Origin: Mobula hypostoma
Taxonomy: Eukaryota
Direction of reading: 5' to 3'
Assembly: GCF_963921235.1 (NCBI RefSeq)
Contig: NC_086108.1
Span: 101,868,001 to 101,932,000, forward strand
Length of the DNA stretch: 64,000 nt
The notes beneath the pieces are model-generated. The model worked only from the letters and a program-made list of their open reading frames with translations, searched no databases and had not been told where the DNA came from. The translations under genes and the position numbers were made by a program. This document shows, in pieces, positions 34,442-46,832 of the stretch; the first letter of the stretch is position 1, and the number at the start of each line of letters is the position of its first letter.

Positions 34442-34950
34442 TATGCTTTTGTTGAGCACTGTGAAAAATTCCTTTGAAAGTCTTCCACTGTTCCTCAACT
34501 GTCCCACCATATAGCCTGTGTTCCCAACCCTCAGCCCATTATAGTTTCCGTTGTTTAGGCATAACACACTGGTTTTAGATCAAACTAACCCTCCATTTCT
34601 ATGAGAAACTCAGGAATACTGTGATCACTCTTTCCAAGATGATCCCTAACTACAAGATCACTAATTTTACCTGTCTCATTGCACAGGACCAGGTCTAAGA
34701 TAACACGTTCCCTTGTGGTTTCAGTAACATGCTGTTCATGAAAACCATCATGCATGCATTCTATGAAGTCCTCAAACTCCCTTGACCAACCTGATTCACC
34801 CAATCTATGTGCAAGTTAAAGCCCCCTATGATAACTATTGTCCCATTCTTACATGCCTCAAATATTTCTGTTTATTGTCTGTGCCACTATAATGTTATTA
34901 TTCAGTGGCCTATAGACAACTCCCACCAGTGTTCTTTCCCTTTACTACTC

Positions 34951-35027
34951 ACTGATGCTGCAAGAGATCGTTTGATGTGGAGAGCCATGATTGCCTAAGC
35001 GTGTAACACGCAAGGCACATGAAGAAG
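34951..35027 (+). mobile_element. Tiny RTE-type LINE 3'-end insertion (77 bp)
   Basis: TSD ACTACTC at 34944-34950 and 35028-35034. Reads AARDRLMWRAMIA, an RTE-like DR..WR terminus, with a GAAGAAG tail. Confidence 0.7.
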
Positions 35028-36477
35028 ACTACTCTTAATCTCTACCCAGATGGATTTAACATTCTGCTCCTTAGATTTCATATCACCTCTCACTAACACC
35101 CTGATCTCATCTCTAATTTAAAGCGCTATCCCACCTCCCTTTTAAATAAAATGGCCTTACACTCATTGTGCTTTTAATATCTTGTAATCATTTACTCTTT
35201 TGCTGTTGACTTTTCTTCACTCCACTCTTACTTTACTCTTTTTTCTCTTTTGCTTTTTCTTTAGCTTTATCTACACTTTTCTTTTTTACTTCTCTTTACT
35301 TCTCCAATCTGTTCAATCCACCCCCCATACTATTTAGCTTAAAGCCCTATCCACATCCATAGTTATGTGATTTGCTGGGTTCCAGGTCCTATCACAGTTC
35401 AGGTGGAGCCTGTCCCATTGATACAGCTCCTTCTTTCCCCAATACTGGTGCCAATTTCCCATGAGTTCAAACCCACTTCTCCCACACTAATCCTTGAGCC
35501 ATACATTTAACACTCTAATCTTCTTGATACTATTTCAATTTGCAAGTGACTCAGGTAGTAATCCAGAGATCACCACCTTTATTGGTTCTGCTTTTTAATT
35601 TAGTCCCTTGCTGCTCAAATTCCTTCAGCAGAACCTCTTTCCTCTTTCTACCTATGTCATTGGTACCCACATGGACCATGACAACTGGATCTTTCCCCTC
35701 CCACTGCAAATTCCTCTGCGAGTCAGATAAGATGGCCTGAACCTTTGCACCAGGCAATCAACACAGCCTTCTATCCTCACGACAGAGAACTCTGTCTATT
35801 CCCCTGACTATACTATCCCCAACTGCTACTACATTTCTCTTCTCTCCACCCTCTTGAATGGCTCTCTGAACTACAGTGCCACAGTCAGTTTGCTCATCCT
35901 TCCTACAGACCCCACTTTCCTCCACACAGGGAGCAGGAATCTCAGACCTGTTGGACAAGGTCAAGGGCTGAGGCTCCTCTAGCATTGTTTCTTAGATCCC
36001 ACTGCCCGACTCAATCGCGGTCACACCCTCTTGTACCTGACCACAGACCGAATTTGAGGCAGCTAATCTAACGGGTATGACTACCTCCTGAAACAGAGAA
36101 TCCAGGAAACTCTCCCTCTCCCTGATGTGCTGCATCAGATTTGAAGCTCAGCTTCCAGGTCATCAACTTTGAGCCTGAGTTCCTCGAGCAACCAACACTT
36201 GCTGCAGGTGTGGTCACCAGGAACCACAGTGGGGTTCACCAGCTCCCACATCATGCAGCTACAGCACATCACCTGACCCTGCATCATTCCTACCTTATTC
36301 AATTAGCTGTAAATTAGTGACTTTTTATTCAACTACTACAACAGTCTTACCTGCTACTTACAACTGCCTCCTCACTGAAACCTCTTGAGCATTTTTTAAA
36401 CTTTTCTCTCTGATCTGTGTGAAGCTCTCTCTCTCTCTCTCTATGCGAATCGTCCGCTGCTATTTCAGTCAGTTTCA

Positions 36478-39060
36478 ATGAGATCCTCTCACATTCTTGT
36501 GAATTCCAGTGAGTGCAGACCTAAACCTGGCAAATGCTCCTCCATGTTGAACTCCCTTTCGGTGGTGTCTGAAAAGAGGATGCTGTCCAAGTTGCATGTC
36601 ATCTTGGACAATGTCTCCCATCCACTACATAATGTACTGGGTGGGCACAGGAGTACATTCAGCCAGAGACTCATTCCACCGAGATGCAACACAGAGCGTC
36701 ATAGGAAGTCATTCCTGCCTGTGGCCATCAAACTTTACAACTCCTCCCTGAGCCAATAGGCTGGTCCTGGACTTATTTCCTGGCATAATTTACATATTAC
36801 TATTTAACTATTTATGGTTTTATTACTATTTATTATTTATGGAGCAACTGTAACGAAAACCAATTTCCCCTGGGATCAATAAAGTATAACTATGACTATG
36901 ACTACTACTATGTTAACCCTTTCATTCCCATAATCATCCTCATGAACCTCCTCTGGACTCTCTCCAATGACAACACATCCTTTCTGAGATATGGGGCCCA
37001 GAACTGTTGACAATACTCTATGTGTGGCCTGATTAGCGTCTTATAAAGCCTCTGCATTATCTCCTTGCTTTTATATGCTATTCCTCTTGAAATAGATGCC
37101 AACATTGTATTTGCCTTCTTTACCACAGACTGAACTTGTAAATTAACCTTCTGGGTGCCTTGCACGGAGCCTTCTGAGAGACCCTCTGCACCTCTGATGT
37201 TTGAACCTTCTTCCTATTTAGGTAATAGTCTACACTATTGTTCCTTTTACCAAAATGCTTTATCCTACATTTCCCAACATTGTATTCCAACTGCAGCTAT
37301 CTTGTCCATTCTTCCAATTTGTTTAAGCCCTGCAGCAATCGCATTGTTTCCTCAGACGACTTACCCCTCCGCCTATCTTCGTATCATCTGCAAAATTTGC
37401 CTCAAAGCCATCAAGTCCATTATCTAAATCACTGACAAACAATGTGAAAAGCAGCAGTCCCAATACTGACCACCGAGGAACACCACTACTCACCGGCAGC
37501 CAATTAGAAAAGGCCCCTTTTATTTCCGCTCGCTGCCTCCTGACAGCTATGCTTTTCTCTATGCCAGTATCTTTCCTGGAACGCCATAGGATTTTATCTT
37601 GTTAAACAGCCTCAAGTATGGCACCTTATCAAACGCCTTCAAAAACTCCAAATAAATGACATCCACTGCCTCTCCTTTGTTCACCCTACTTGTTACTTCC
37701 TCAAAGAACTCTAACAGATTTGTCAGGGAAGATTTCCCTTCACAGAAACCATGCCTACTTTGACTTAATTTATCATTTGTCTCCAAGTACCCGGAAACCT
37801 CATCCTTAATAACAGACTCCAACTCTATCCCAACCACCGAGGTTAGGCTAACTGACCTGTAATTCCTTTTATTGCCTTCCTCCCTTCTGAGAGAGTAGAG
37901 TGACATTTGCAATCTTCCAATCCTCTGGGACTATGCCAGAACCAAGTGATTCTTGAAAGATCATGACCAATGCATCTGTTATCTCTTCAGCAACCTCTCT
38001 CAGGACACAGGCTGTAGTCCATCTGGTCGTTGTCCACCTTAAGACCTTTAACTTTGCCTTGCACTTTTTCCTTTCCATTAGCAATGGCACTCACTCCTCC
38101 TGCCTGATGCTCACAGACCTCTGGCACACTGCTGGTGTCTTCCACAGTAAAGACAGATGCAAAGTACCCATTAAGTTCATCTACCGTGTCTTTGTCCCCC
38201 ATTACTACCTCACCAGCATCATTTTCCAGTGGTCCAATATCAACTTTAACTTTCCTTTCACGCTTGATATGACTGAAAAAATCTTGTGGCATCCTGCTTT
38301 ATATTATTGGCTAGTTTGCCCTCAGATTGCATCTCCTCCCTTCTTACAGCTTTCTTAGTTGCATTTTTAAAACTTCACAATCATCCAATTTCCAACTCAC
38401 TTTTGCTACCTTATATGCCCTTTCTTTGGCTTTTATACAGTCTTTGACTTCTTTTGTCAGCCACAGTTACCTATCCCTGTCATTTGAGAACTTTTCTTCT
38501 GTGGGATACATTTATCTTGCTCCTTGTGAACTATTCACAGAAACTTCAGCCATCTCTGTTCTGCTGTCATCCCCTCCAGTGTCCTCCTCCAATCCACCCG
38601 GGCAAGCTCTTCTCTCAAGCCTCTGTAATTCTTTTTTATTCCATTGTGATACTGATATGTGTGACTTCTGCTTCTCCTTCTCAAATTGCAGTATGAGTTC
38701 AGTCATATTATGATCACTCCCTCTGAAGGTTTCCTTTACCTAATATGATCTGGGTTATTACACAACACCCAATCTAAGATAGCCATTCCTTGAGTAGGCT
38801 GAAGCACAAGAGGCTCTAAAAAGCCATCTCGTAGGCATTCAACAAATTCCCTCTCTTGTGATCAGACACCAACCTGATTTTCCCAATCGCCTTGCATATT
38901 GAAGTTCCCTATTACAATTGTGTCATTACCCTTATTACATGCCTTTTCCAGCTCCCTTTGCAATCTTAACCCCACATCTTGGCTAATATTTGGAGGCCTA
39001 TAAATGATTTCCATAATGATTTTTTTAACCCTTGCAATTTCTTAACTCCACAAAGCTTCA
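36478..39060 (-). mobile_element. CR1 LINE copy F (ORF2 fragment) with Rex1 insertion near its 3' end
   Basis: NYRSVSLTSVVG, TNLLEFFEEVT, LIRPHIEYCQQFWAP and DIGPLENDAGE. Confidence 0.85.
36549..36908 (+). mobile_element. Rex1/Babar-type 3' fragment
   Basis: ILDNVSHPLH...RLIPPRCNTERHRKSFLPVAIKLYN, then AATAAA and an (ACTATG)n tail, with ATGTT on both sides. Confidence 0.8.
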
Positions 39061-39301
39061 ACATTTTAGTTCCACTTCCTCTGACATTTTGTCTGTGTTC
39101 CTCTGAATTTCCAGAACCTGCAGAATATTCTGTGTTTATTTTTACACTGGGTGATTTATACTGGCTTCCATCAGCCATTTTAAATTTCTGATCTTCAATC
39201 ACTGAGTTACCTTATGTACTGTACATTAATTTACATGTGTTTTCTCCCCTTAACTCTTCCATTCCTCCCTTTGGGATCAAATACATAAGGTATTAAATAG
39301 A

Positions 39302-39494
39302 CGCAAACACCAGGAATTCTGCAGATGCTGGAAATTCAAGCAACACACATCAAAGTTGCTGGTGAATGCAGCAGGCCAGGCAGCATCTCTAGGAAGAGGT
39401 ACAGTCGACGTTTTGGGCCGAGACATCGACTGTACCTCTTCCTAGAGATGCTGCCTGGCCTGCTGCGTTCACCAGCAACTTTGATGTGTGTTGC
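39302..39494. mobile_element. Fold-back Penelope-like mini-insertion with 69-bp inverted arms and 14-bp TSD
   Basis: Arms at 39340-39408 and 39426-39494 (one mismatch). TSD AGGTATTAAATAGA at 39288-39301 and 39495-39508. Confidence 0.85.
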
Positions 39495-40659
39495 AGGTAT
39501 TAAATAGAATTATGTTAGAACATGGAAGAGTACAGCAGAGGAACAAACCTATCAACCCACAATGTTGTGCTGAACAAGCTGAATAGCAAATCAATAGCTA
39601 GTCGCTTCTACATACACATGCCCATGATGTTCACATTTCAACTTCCAGCACTTCTTAATCTTCCAGTTTTTATCAGTTTCACTGCTATTTTTATCATTTT
39701 CTCTGCTATTCTCACTATTTTGTTCCTTCTAGCAAATATTTGAAGTTACCCTTGCTCTACTTTCTATTCTATTCTTAAGGATGTGGAGAGGAATGTACTT
39801 ATGCATAGCCTTTTCTTAAAGAATATTACAGCTATTAACCTTCGACAATAATGACCAATTAGGCACAATGAAAATCACTATTGACTGATAAATACTGTTA
39901 TTGGTTCAGTTAACAACAAGCACATGAAGTTACAAAACTGAGTACCTGTGCACACACTACTGGATTTCCCTGACACTCACTAAACAGTCAAAGTAGGAAA
40001 GATATTACCTGGGACAGGATTCTATGATGGCCAGGTATTCCTCCTGATCCCATTGTAATCTCCATGTTTCTGACATGGGGTTATCCACTTCTGCGATGGG
40101 TATCCTCCAGATTTGGCACTGCCTGTATCTCCGCATCCTCCATTCATATCCTTTTCCTTATCAGATCAATCTATAATCTTGCAATGTTGTTCACTGAGGC
40201 TCATTGACTTCTCTTTGGATCTGGCCCAAGACCCCAAGCATTATATTTGGGCCTAAGACGACTTCTTTTGTTCTTTCCCAAATCAGCCTAGTTCAAACCA
40301 GTTTAGCCAGCTCAGCCAAACATTGGCTCATGTTACATCAGATCACTGGTGGTTCTTTCCAGAAGCCTGCCATTTTTTCATAACTGAACAAACAGCTTCT
40401 TGTTAGGAAATAGTCTCTCATTTAAATAACTGTCATTTCTGAAGATTAACCTAATTATATTCAGTTACACAAACTTCTGGCAATCACTCAATGAAATAGT
40501 ATATTCTTACCATTTTAAATAAACAATATGCAAATATGTTCCTTTATTTTCTAATCTCCTCCCTGTTTTACTTAGTATCTTGTTCTTAGATTATAGTTTC
40601 TCTCATTCCCCTTTCATTTAGAAATTTATTGCTGGTTTATTCTTTCTTTTGCATGTAAA

Positions 40660-41170
40660 GCTTCTCATTATAGGAAGGATGTGGAAGTTTTCGAGAGGAT
40701 GCAGGGGAGATTTACCTGGATGATGCTGGAATGGAGAGTGTGCCTTATGAGGGGAGTTTTAATGAACTAGGGCTTTTCTCTTTAGAGAGAAGGATGAACA
40801 GAGGTGACTTGATAGAAATGCCCAAAATAAGAGGCATAGATCAATTGGATAGCCAGAAACTTTCTTTTCCAAGGATGTAAATGGTTAATACAAGGGGCAT
40901 ACCTTTAAGGGGTTGGAAGGAAAATACAGGGGGATATCAGGGGTAGGTTTATTTTTACACTGAGTGGTGGGTGCATAAAACATGCTGCCAGGGATAGTGA
41001 TAGAGTGATTAGCAGCATTTAAGATACTCTTAAAGGGAACATGGATGAAAGTAAAATGAAGGATGAAGCAGGAGGGGAAAGTTAGATTGATGTTGGAGAA
41101 AATTAATGGGTCAATACACACCTTGGGCTGAAAGCCTGTATTTTGCTGTTCTGTTCTAAATTCTAGGCTC
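40660..41170 (+). mobile_element. Old CR1 3' fragment
   Basis: Degenerate HYRKDV..ERMQ..FT and RGHTFK motifs, plus a CR1 3' UTR. Confidence 0.75.
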
Positions 41171-41466
41171 TATGGTCCATGAATATTTTTCCCTGACCAG
41201 TCTTGTGGTCAGCTGACCTCTCCATCCTCTGCTAGGCCTTCCTTTCCAACTTTTCTTCTTGAATGTCTTGTTACATTAAATGGCTCCACTTCATTATAAA
41301 TTATTGCTGTTACTGGTGACAAAGATGGAATATTCAATGTGTAAGACAAGTATTTGAAGTTTCTATAGAGACTCAGCAGACTCCAAAAAATAACTTTCAT
41401 TATGAACTCCTACACGTGGTATCAGAAAATGAGTAAAGTAATGCTACTAATTCAGAAAATATTGTT

Positions 41467-41472
41467 TTTATT
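41467..41472 (-). promoter_or_regulatory. Candidate CLCA polyadenylation signal AATAAA
   Basis: TTTATT on the + strand, about 245 nt downstream of the TGA at 41717. Confidence 0.35.
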
Positions 41473-41716
41473 GTTACAGAGCTACAGATTAATCAATGAT
41501 ACAGATTCTATCCCAGAAGAAAACCACATCCTCCTCCAAAAACAGTGTCACCAATCTGAAGCATCTGATCAACGCAAGAGGATAGGCAACTAATTTGGAC
41601 GGAATATCCAAAGAAGGTCTTCCATTTGTCTGGGAATGATTATAGATGCATCAGAAAATGATTATAGATGTCTCAATCTAATCTGCAACAATAATACCTC
41701 AGAATAAAGTAAAAGT

Positions 41717-41857
41717 TCAGCAGCTGTATCGTCTGTATGTTACTGTTGCCACCGGAAATCTGTTTTTGTATTTCTCCTGCACAATATAATAAATAATCCC
41801 AATAACCAAACATACAATTACTGCCACTACTACTGCAATCCACATACTGTGCAGAAC
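41717..41857 (-). other. In-frame transmembrane helix and cytoplasmic tail behind the CLCA TAG stop
   Basis: 46 open codons VLHSMWIAVVVAVIVCLVIGIIYYIVQEKYKNRFPVATVTYRRYSC ending at TGA 41719-41717. Confidence 0.75.
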
Positions 41858-42138
41858 CTATACTTTATTGTCCCCCAGTTCATCAGGCAAAGGCAGAAAG
41901 AAAGAAGCGCTGGCAACATTGGACATCTCGGAAGGCTGATTGTTTTCATCATAAGCACATAGAGCAAAATAAAACGTGGTACTGTTTTTAAGTCCTGTAC
42001 TTCCAACGGCAATTGTAAATGTTTCTTTGGAGCCAAATGGTTGCGGTTTCAAACTTGTCAAATTAACCTGTTCAGCTCCTGAGAAACTGTCCCGTAGCTG
42101 CAGCAGTTTCTCACTCATTCTCATCTCATAGTAGGAGG
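41858..42138 (-). CDS. CLCA: Terminal coding exon of a CLCA-family gene (calcium-activated chloride channel regulator), FN3-like C-terminal domain
   Basis: Pyrimidine tract and AG acceptor at 42140-42139 (phase 1). Translation (A)SYYEMRMSEKLLQLRDSFSGAEQVNLTSLKPQPFGSKETF...NSTTFYFALCAYDENNQPSEMSNVASASFFLP follows the vertebrate CLCA last-exon pattern (IR.S....LRD.F....VN...L.P....S.E.F...A.D.....S.ISN.A). Paralog identity cannot be determined here. Confidence 0.85.
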
Positions 42139-42257
42139 CTGATAAAGAAAGGAAATACTGTGAGTGATTGCATTGACATATTGAATGGTATCAGATAGAT
42201 GTGAGAATGTGTGAGTGGATATTCAGCTGATCGATTGTGTGGTAAGTTAATTGGGCT

Positions 42258-42501
42258 TTTTTAGTCAGAGGGTGGTGAATGTATAGAATTTGTTGCCACG
42301 GGCAGCACTGGAGGCCAAGTCATTGGGTGTATTTAAGGCAGAGATTGATAGGTATCTGAGTAGCCAGGGCATCAAAGGTTATGGTGAGAAGGCGGGGGAG
42401 TGGGACTAAATGGGAGAATGGATCAGCTCATGATAAAATGGCGGAGCAGACTCGATGGGCCAAATGGTTGACTTCTGCTCCGTTGTCTTATGGTCTTATG
42501 G
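42258..42501 (+). mobile_element. CR1 3' fragment in the CLCA intron
   Basis: FSQRVVN motif, CR1 3' UTR and TCTTATGGTCTTATGG tail. Confidence 0.85.
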
Positions 42502-42884
42502 CTTCCTGTGCGCAGAAAGCTCTCTCTTTTTGTGCGGGCTTTCAAGTGCATATGTTTCCATCTTGGCGGGCCAAGTTCTCTGCTCCCACACTGGAAGTTG
42601 CCTAGTATGTGCAGTAGCCAGCATGACTCAGTAAAAACATTTAATCAGTTGTCATTGTTTCTCTGTGCAAACGTAAACACTCGTGACTGATCTGCCTACT
42701 TCCATATCATTCTGCAAATTTTTAAATTCTTGTTTCATTGTCCTGGGAAGCAACTTAGGATATTTTGCATTGAAGTGAATTGTCATTACAAATCAGAACA
42801 ATGTAATGCATTTTAATTTTGAAACCTTATCTGTTCAATTATTTCTATTCCAGTTCAGTAGATTCAGAGGAAGATGTGAGGGAG

Positions 42885-44135
42885 ATTTGTTCACCAGAAG
42901 GAGAAATCGATATTCATGCTATCGGGTTGGAGATTTACCCAGACAGAATGAAAGGTGTTGCTCCTCCACCCTGTTGGGCGGTTTCATCTTGGTCAGGAGG
43001 AGGCCATTGATCACCACATCAGGACTCGAATGGGAGTGGGAATTAAAATGTTTGGTCACGGGGAAGTCCTGTTTGTGGTGGATGGTGTGGAGGTGTGCAC
43101 CAAAGCAGTCCCACAATTTACAACGGGTCTTACCAATGTAGAGGAGGCTACATCAGGAGCATTGGACACAATAGCCGACCTCAGCAGATTCCCCGTTGAA
43201 GTGTTGCCTCACCTGGAAGGACTGTTTGGGGCCATGAATGGAGGTGAGGGAGGAGGTGAATAGGAGGTTCAGCACTTAGACTGCTTGCAGGAATAGTGCC
43301 TGGAGGGGGATTAGTGGGGAGGGACGAATTGACTAGGGAATTGCAGAGAGCGTGAACCCTGCGGAAGGTGTAGTGATGGGAGAGGGGGAGGGTTAGGGGT
43401 AAAGATATGTTTAGTGCTAGCATCCCTTTGGAGATGGCAGAAGTTTCGGAGGATAATATGTTGGATGTGGAGGTTGATGGGGTGGTAGTTCAGGGCTATT
43501 GTGGCATTGGGAAGATGGGGTGAGTGTGGACGTACGGGAAATGGAGGAGAAGTGGGAGAGGGCAGTATTAATATTAGCAGGAGGGCAACACCACTTTTTA
43601 AAGAAGGAGGACATCTCTGATGTCCTGGAATAGAAAGTCACGCCCTGGGAAGAGATGTGGCGGAGGCAAAGAAACTGAGAGAAGTAAATAGCATTTTACT
43701 GATAATTGGGTGGGCAGTGTTCCATTGAGATAACCTTGGGAATCAGTAGGTTTATAAAAGATGTCAGTGGACTATACGGCTCCAGAGATGGAAACATAAA
43801 GGTTGAGAAAGGAGAGGGAGGTATTAGAGATGGATTGTGTAAATTTAAGTGCACAGTTGAAGTTAGAGACAAAGTTGATAAAATTAACAAGCTCAGCATG
43901 AGTGCATGCGCCAATGCAGTCGTCAATACAGCAGAGGAAGGGTGGGGAGTATAATAGGGAAAGGCTTTGGAGTTTGGAGGAAGTGGGAGGACCCACCTTC
44001 TGAGTCTTGAAGGGTCCTGGCCTGAAAAGTCGATTATTTACTCTTTTCCATAAATGCTGCCTAACATGCTAAGTTCCTCCAGCGTTTTGTGTGTGCTGCT
44101 TTGGATTTCTAGCACCTGCAGACTGTCTCGTGCTT
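42885..44135 (-). mobile_element. Penelope-like element remnant (RT plus GIY-YIG endonuclease) with an oppositely oriented terminal repeat at about 44000-44135
   Basis: RT: FLCCIDDCIG...FINFVSNFNCALKFT..ISNTSLSFL. Endonuclease C-terminus: CFGAHL...PVTKHFNSHSHS...EEQHLSFCLG. Confidence 0.85.
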
Positions 44136-44376
44136 GAGACAGGAACTATTGGTAAAACCTGTCAGGAAGACCACTACAGATATGCAGCTAAAATTGCCAC
44201 ATTGAAGCTGTGTGTATGAACAGCAGGTGTTGGGAAGCATTTAGAACCTGTATTTACCCATCTGGAATCTATCTCATTGTGAATATGTAAAATTCTTTAA
44301 ACTAAAATGTGATCAATGTGTACTTAATTCTAACTACTGAAATAATGTTTGACCAGAAGGAATATAATTCATAATC

Positions 44377-46525
44377 ATAAGACCATAAGACGTAGGAGCA
44401 GAATAGGAGCCATTCAGCCCATTGCTATTCCATCATGGCTGATCCCAGATCCCACTGAACCCAATATACTCGCCTTCTCGCCATATCCTTTGATGCCCTG
44501 ACTGATAGGAAACTATCACCTTCCGCCTTAAATACATGGATGGACTTGGCCTCCAACGCAGTCTGTGGCAGAGCATTCCACAGATTTACTACTGTCTGGC
44601 TGAAAAAAAAAATCCTCCTTACCTCTGTTCTAAAAGGTCATCCCTCAGTTTTGATTACTGCTGCCATACTCCTCAGTTCACTACCCTTCTGAGCTAGAGG
44701 GTCAAACTCAATGCCAGAGGCTCAGCTGCTGTCGTTTCCCTCAGGTGGGCTGTTCCCCATCAACAGAACTCAAAATGGAGCACTTATTGTTGAGGGGGAT
44801 GGCAACGGGATGATCTCCACTATCCAACATTCTACCTTTCCCCTCCTGACAGTCACTCATTTATCCTTCTCCTTTAGATTTGGGGTGACAGGTCCCTGTA
44901 GCTCATGTCCAACAGTGTTTCATTTTCCCGAACAAGCCAAAGGTCGTCAAGCTGCAGATCCCGTTCATGATTTGGTAACATTAAACACTTTTCTTCAGTT
45001 TACACATATTTCATTGAAAGTGTGGAGAGAAAACGTGGCGTACTGAATTTTATCTTGTTAAGCAGCATCATGTGTGGCACCTTATCAAATACCTTCTGAA
45101 AATCCACATAAATGACTTTAACTTATTTTATCATTAGTCTCTATGTACCTCAAAACCTCATCATCATAGACTCCAACGCTTTACCAACCACTGATATTAG
45201 GCTATCTGGACCATAAATTGCTTTCTTTTGCCTTCCTCCCTTTTTAAAGAGTGGAGTAATATTTGCAATCTTCCAGTCCTCTGGGACCATGCCAGAATCA
45301 AGTGATTCTTGGAAGATCATGACCAATGCATCCATTATTTCTTCTGCAACATCTCTGGACTCTAAGATGTACAGTAGTCCATCTGGCCCAGGTGAATAAT
45401 CCACTTTAAGACTTTTGAGATTGCCTCTCACTTTTTCCTTTGTAATGGCAATGGCACTCACTCCTTCTCCCTGACACTCACGGACCTCTGGCACAATGCT
45501 AGTGATTTCCATAGTGAAGACAGATGCAAAGTACCCGTTAAGCTCATCTGCAATTTCTTTGTCCCCCATTACTACCTCTCCAGCACAATTTTCTAGTGGT
45601 CCAATATCAACTCTCACCTCCCTTTTACTCTTTATATAACTGAAAAGAATTTTGGGTATCTTGCTTTATAGTATTGGCTAGTTTGCCCTCCTATTTAATC
45701 TTTTCCCTTCTTATTCCTTTTTTAGTTGTCTTTTGTTGGAAGTTAAAATCTTCCCAATCATCCAGCTTCCCACTCACTCACTCAAGTACAAACCATCCCT
45801 TTTGTACAGGGCCCCTCTGCCCCAAAAGTCCCAATGATTCAGAAATCTGAATCCCTGCACCCTGCTCCAATTCGTCAGCCATGCTTTTATCTGCCAACTC
45901 ATTCTATTCCTATCCTCATTGTCACATGGCGCAGGCAGCAATCCTGATAATACTATCCTTGAGGTCCTGCTTCTCAGATTCCTTACTAACTCCCTTTATT
46001 GTTTTCAGGACCTCCTCTCTTTTTCTTTCTACGTTGTTGGGACCAATATGCACCACAACCTCTGGTTGCTCAGTCTCCCTTTTCAGGATATTGTGGACAC
46101 TTTCAGAAACATCGTGGACCCTGGCGCTTGGGAGGCAAGCTACCATCCATGTTTCCTTTTCGTGTCCACATAATCGCCTATCTGTCCCCCTAATTATAGT
46201 CCCCTATTACTGCTGCCATCCTCTTCAGTTCCCTACCATTCTGAGCCACAGGGCCAGACTCACTGGCAGAGATACAGCCGCTGTTACTTCCTGCAGGTAG
46301 GATCCACGTCACCCCCACAGTACTTAAAATGGACTACTTATTGTTCAGAGAGCCCGCCACAGGGATGCTCTCCACCATCTGACATTCTCCCTTCCCTCTC
46401 CTGACAGTCACCCATTTATCTAACTCCTGTAGCCTTGGGGTGACTACCTCCCTGTCGCTCCTGGCTCTTTCTGCTTCACTTTCCCAAACAAGCCGAAGGT
46501 CATCAACCTGCAGATCCCGTTCATG
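44377..46525 (-). mobile_element. Mosaic of minus-strand CR1 fragments (3' end 44377-44650, ORF1 44655-44965, ORF2 45048-45780, ORF1 45785-46525)
   Basis: CCATAAGA tail, DIGPLEN..GE and PEDWKIANITPLFKKG, ACLPSARVHDV and VHIGPNN. Confidence 0.8.
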
Positions 46526-46685
46526 ATTTGGTAACATTAAAAAAAATTCAGTTTACATTTAAATTATTGAAAGTGTGGAGAGAAAATGAGGTGTACTGTT
46601 ATGTCAGCTGTTATATGATTATTGCAAATCTTTCATTCTCAAATAAAGACATTTGATAGTAGAATAAGGAATTCTGCTACCTTTA

Positions 46686-46831
46686 GGGGTGATATGGTAG
46701 TATAGAGGATATTGTGAAGCTATTACAGCTCCAACGATTGGGTTCAATTCCACTGCTATTTGTGAGGATTTTGTAAGTTCTCCCTGTTTCCACTGGGTGC
46801 TCTGATTTCCTCCCACACTCCAAAGACATGT
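46686..46831 (+). mobile_element. tRNA-derived V-SINE (HE1-like) 5' part
   Basis: B-box-like GGTTCAATTCC near 46741 and V-domain GGGTGCTCTGATTTCCTCCCACACTCCAAAGAC. Confidence 0.7.
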
Positions 46832-46832
46832 A

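Larger units (their letters stand above)
32619..36470 (-). mobile_element. Near-full-length CR1 LINE copy E (5' UTR, esterase ORF1, ORF2 with internal RT deletions)
   Basis: VGDSIVRG, VHVGTNDIG, endonuclease remnants, GVPQGSILG, KFADDTKL and a CATAAGAA tail. ORF 33253-33948 jumps from the tether region straight into the middle of RT. Confidence 0.88.

Noticed and set aside
38966..39230. Minus ORF MIEDQKFKMADGSQ... as a host exon
   Set aside because: No recognisable family, it runs into CR1 sequence, and splice signals are not convincing.
40008..40170. Possible minus-strand exon ending at AG|GTAATA
   Set aside because: No clear acceptor and the peptide is unrecognised.
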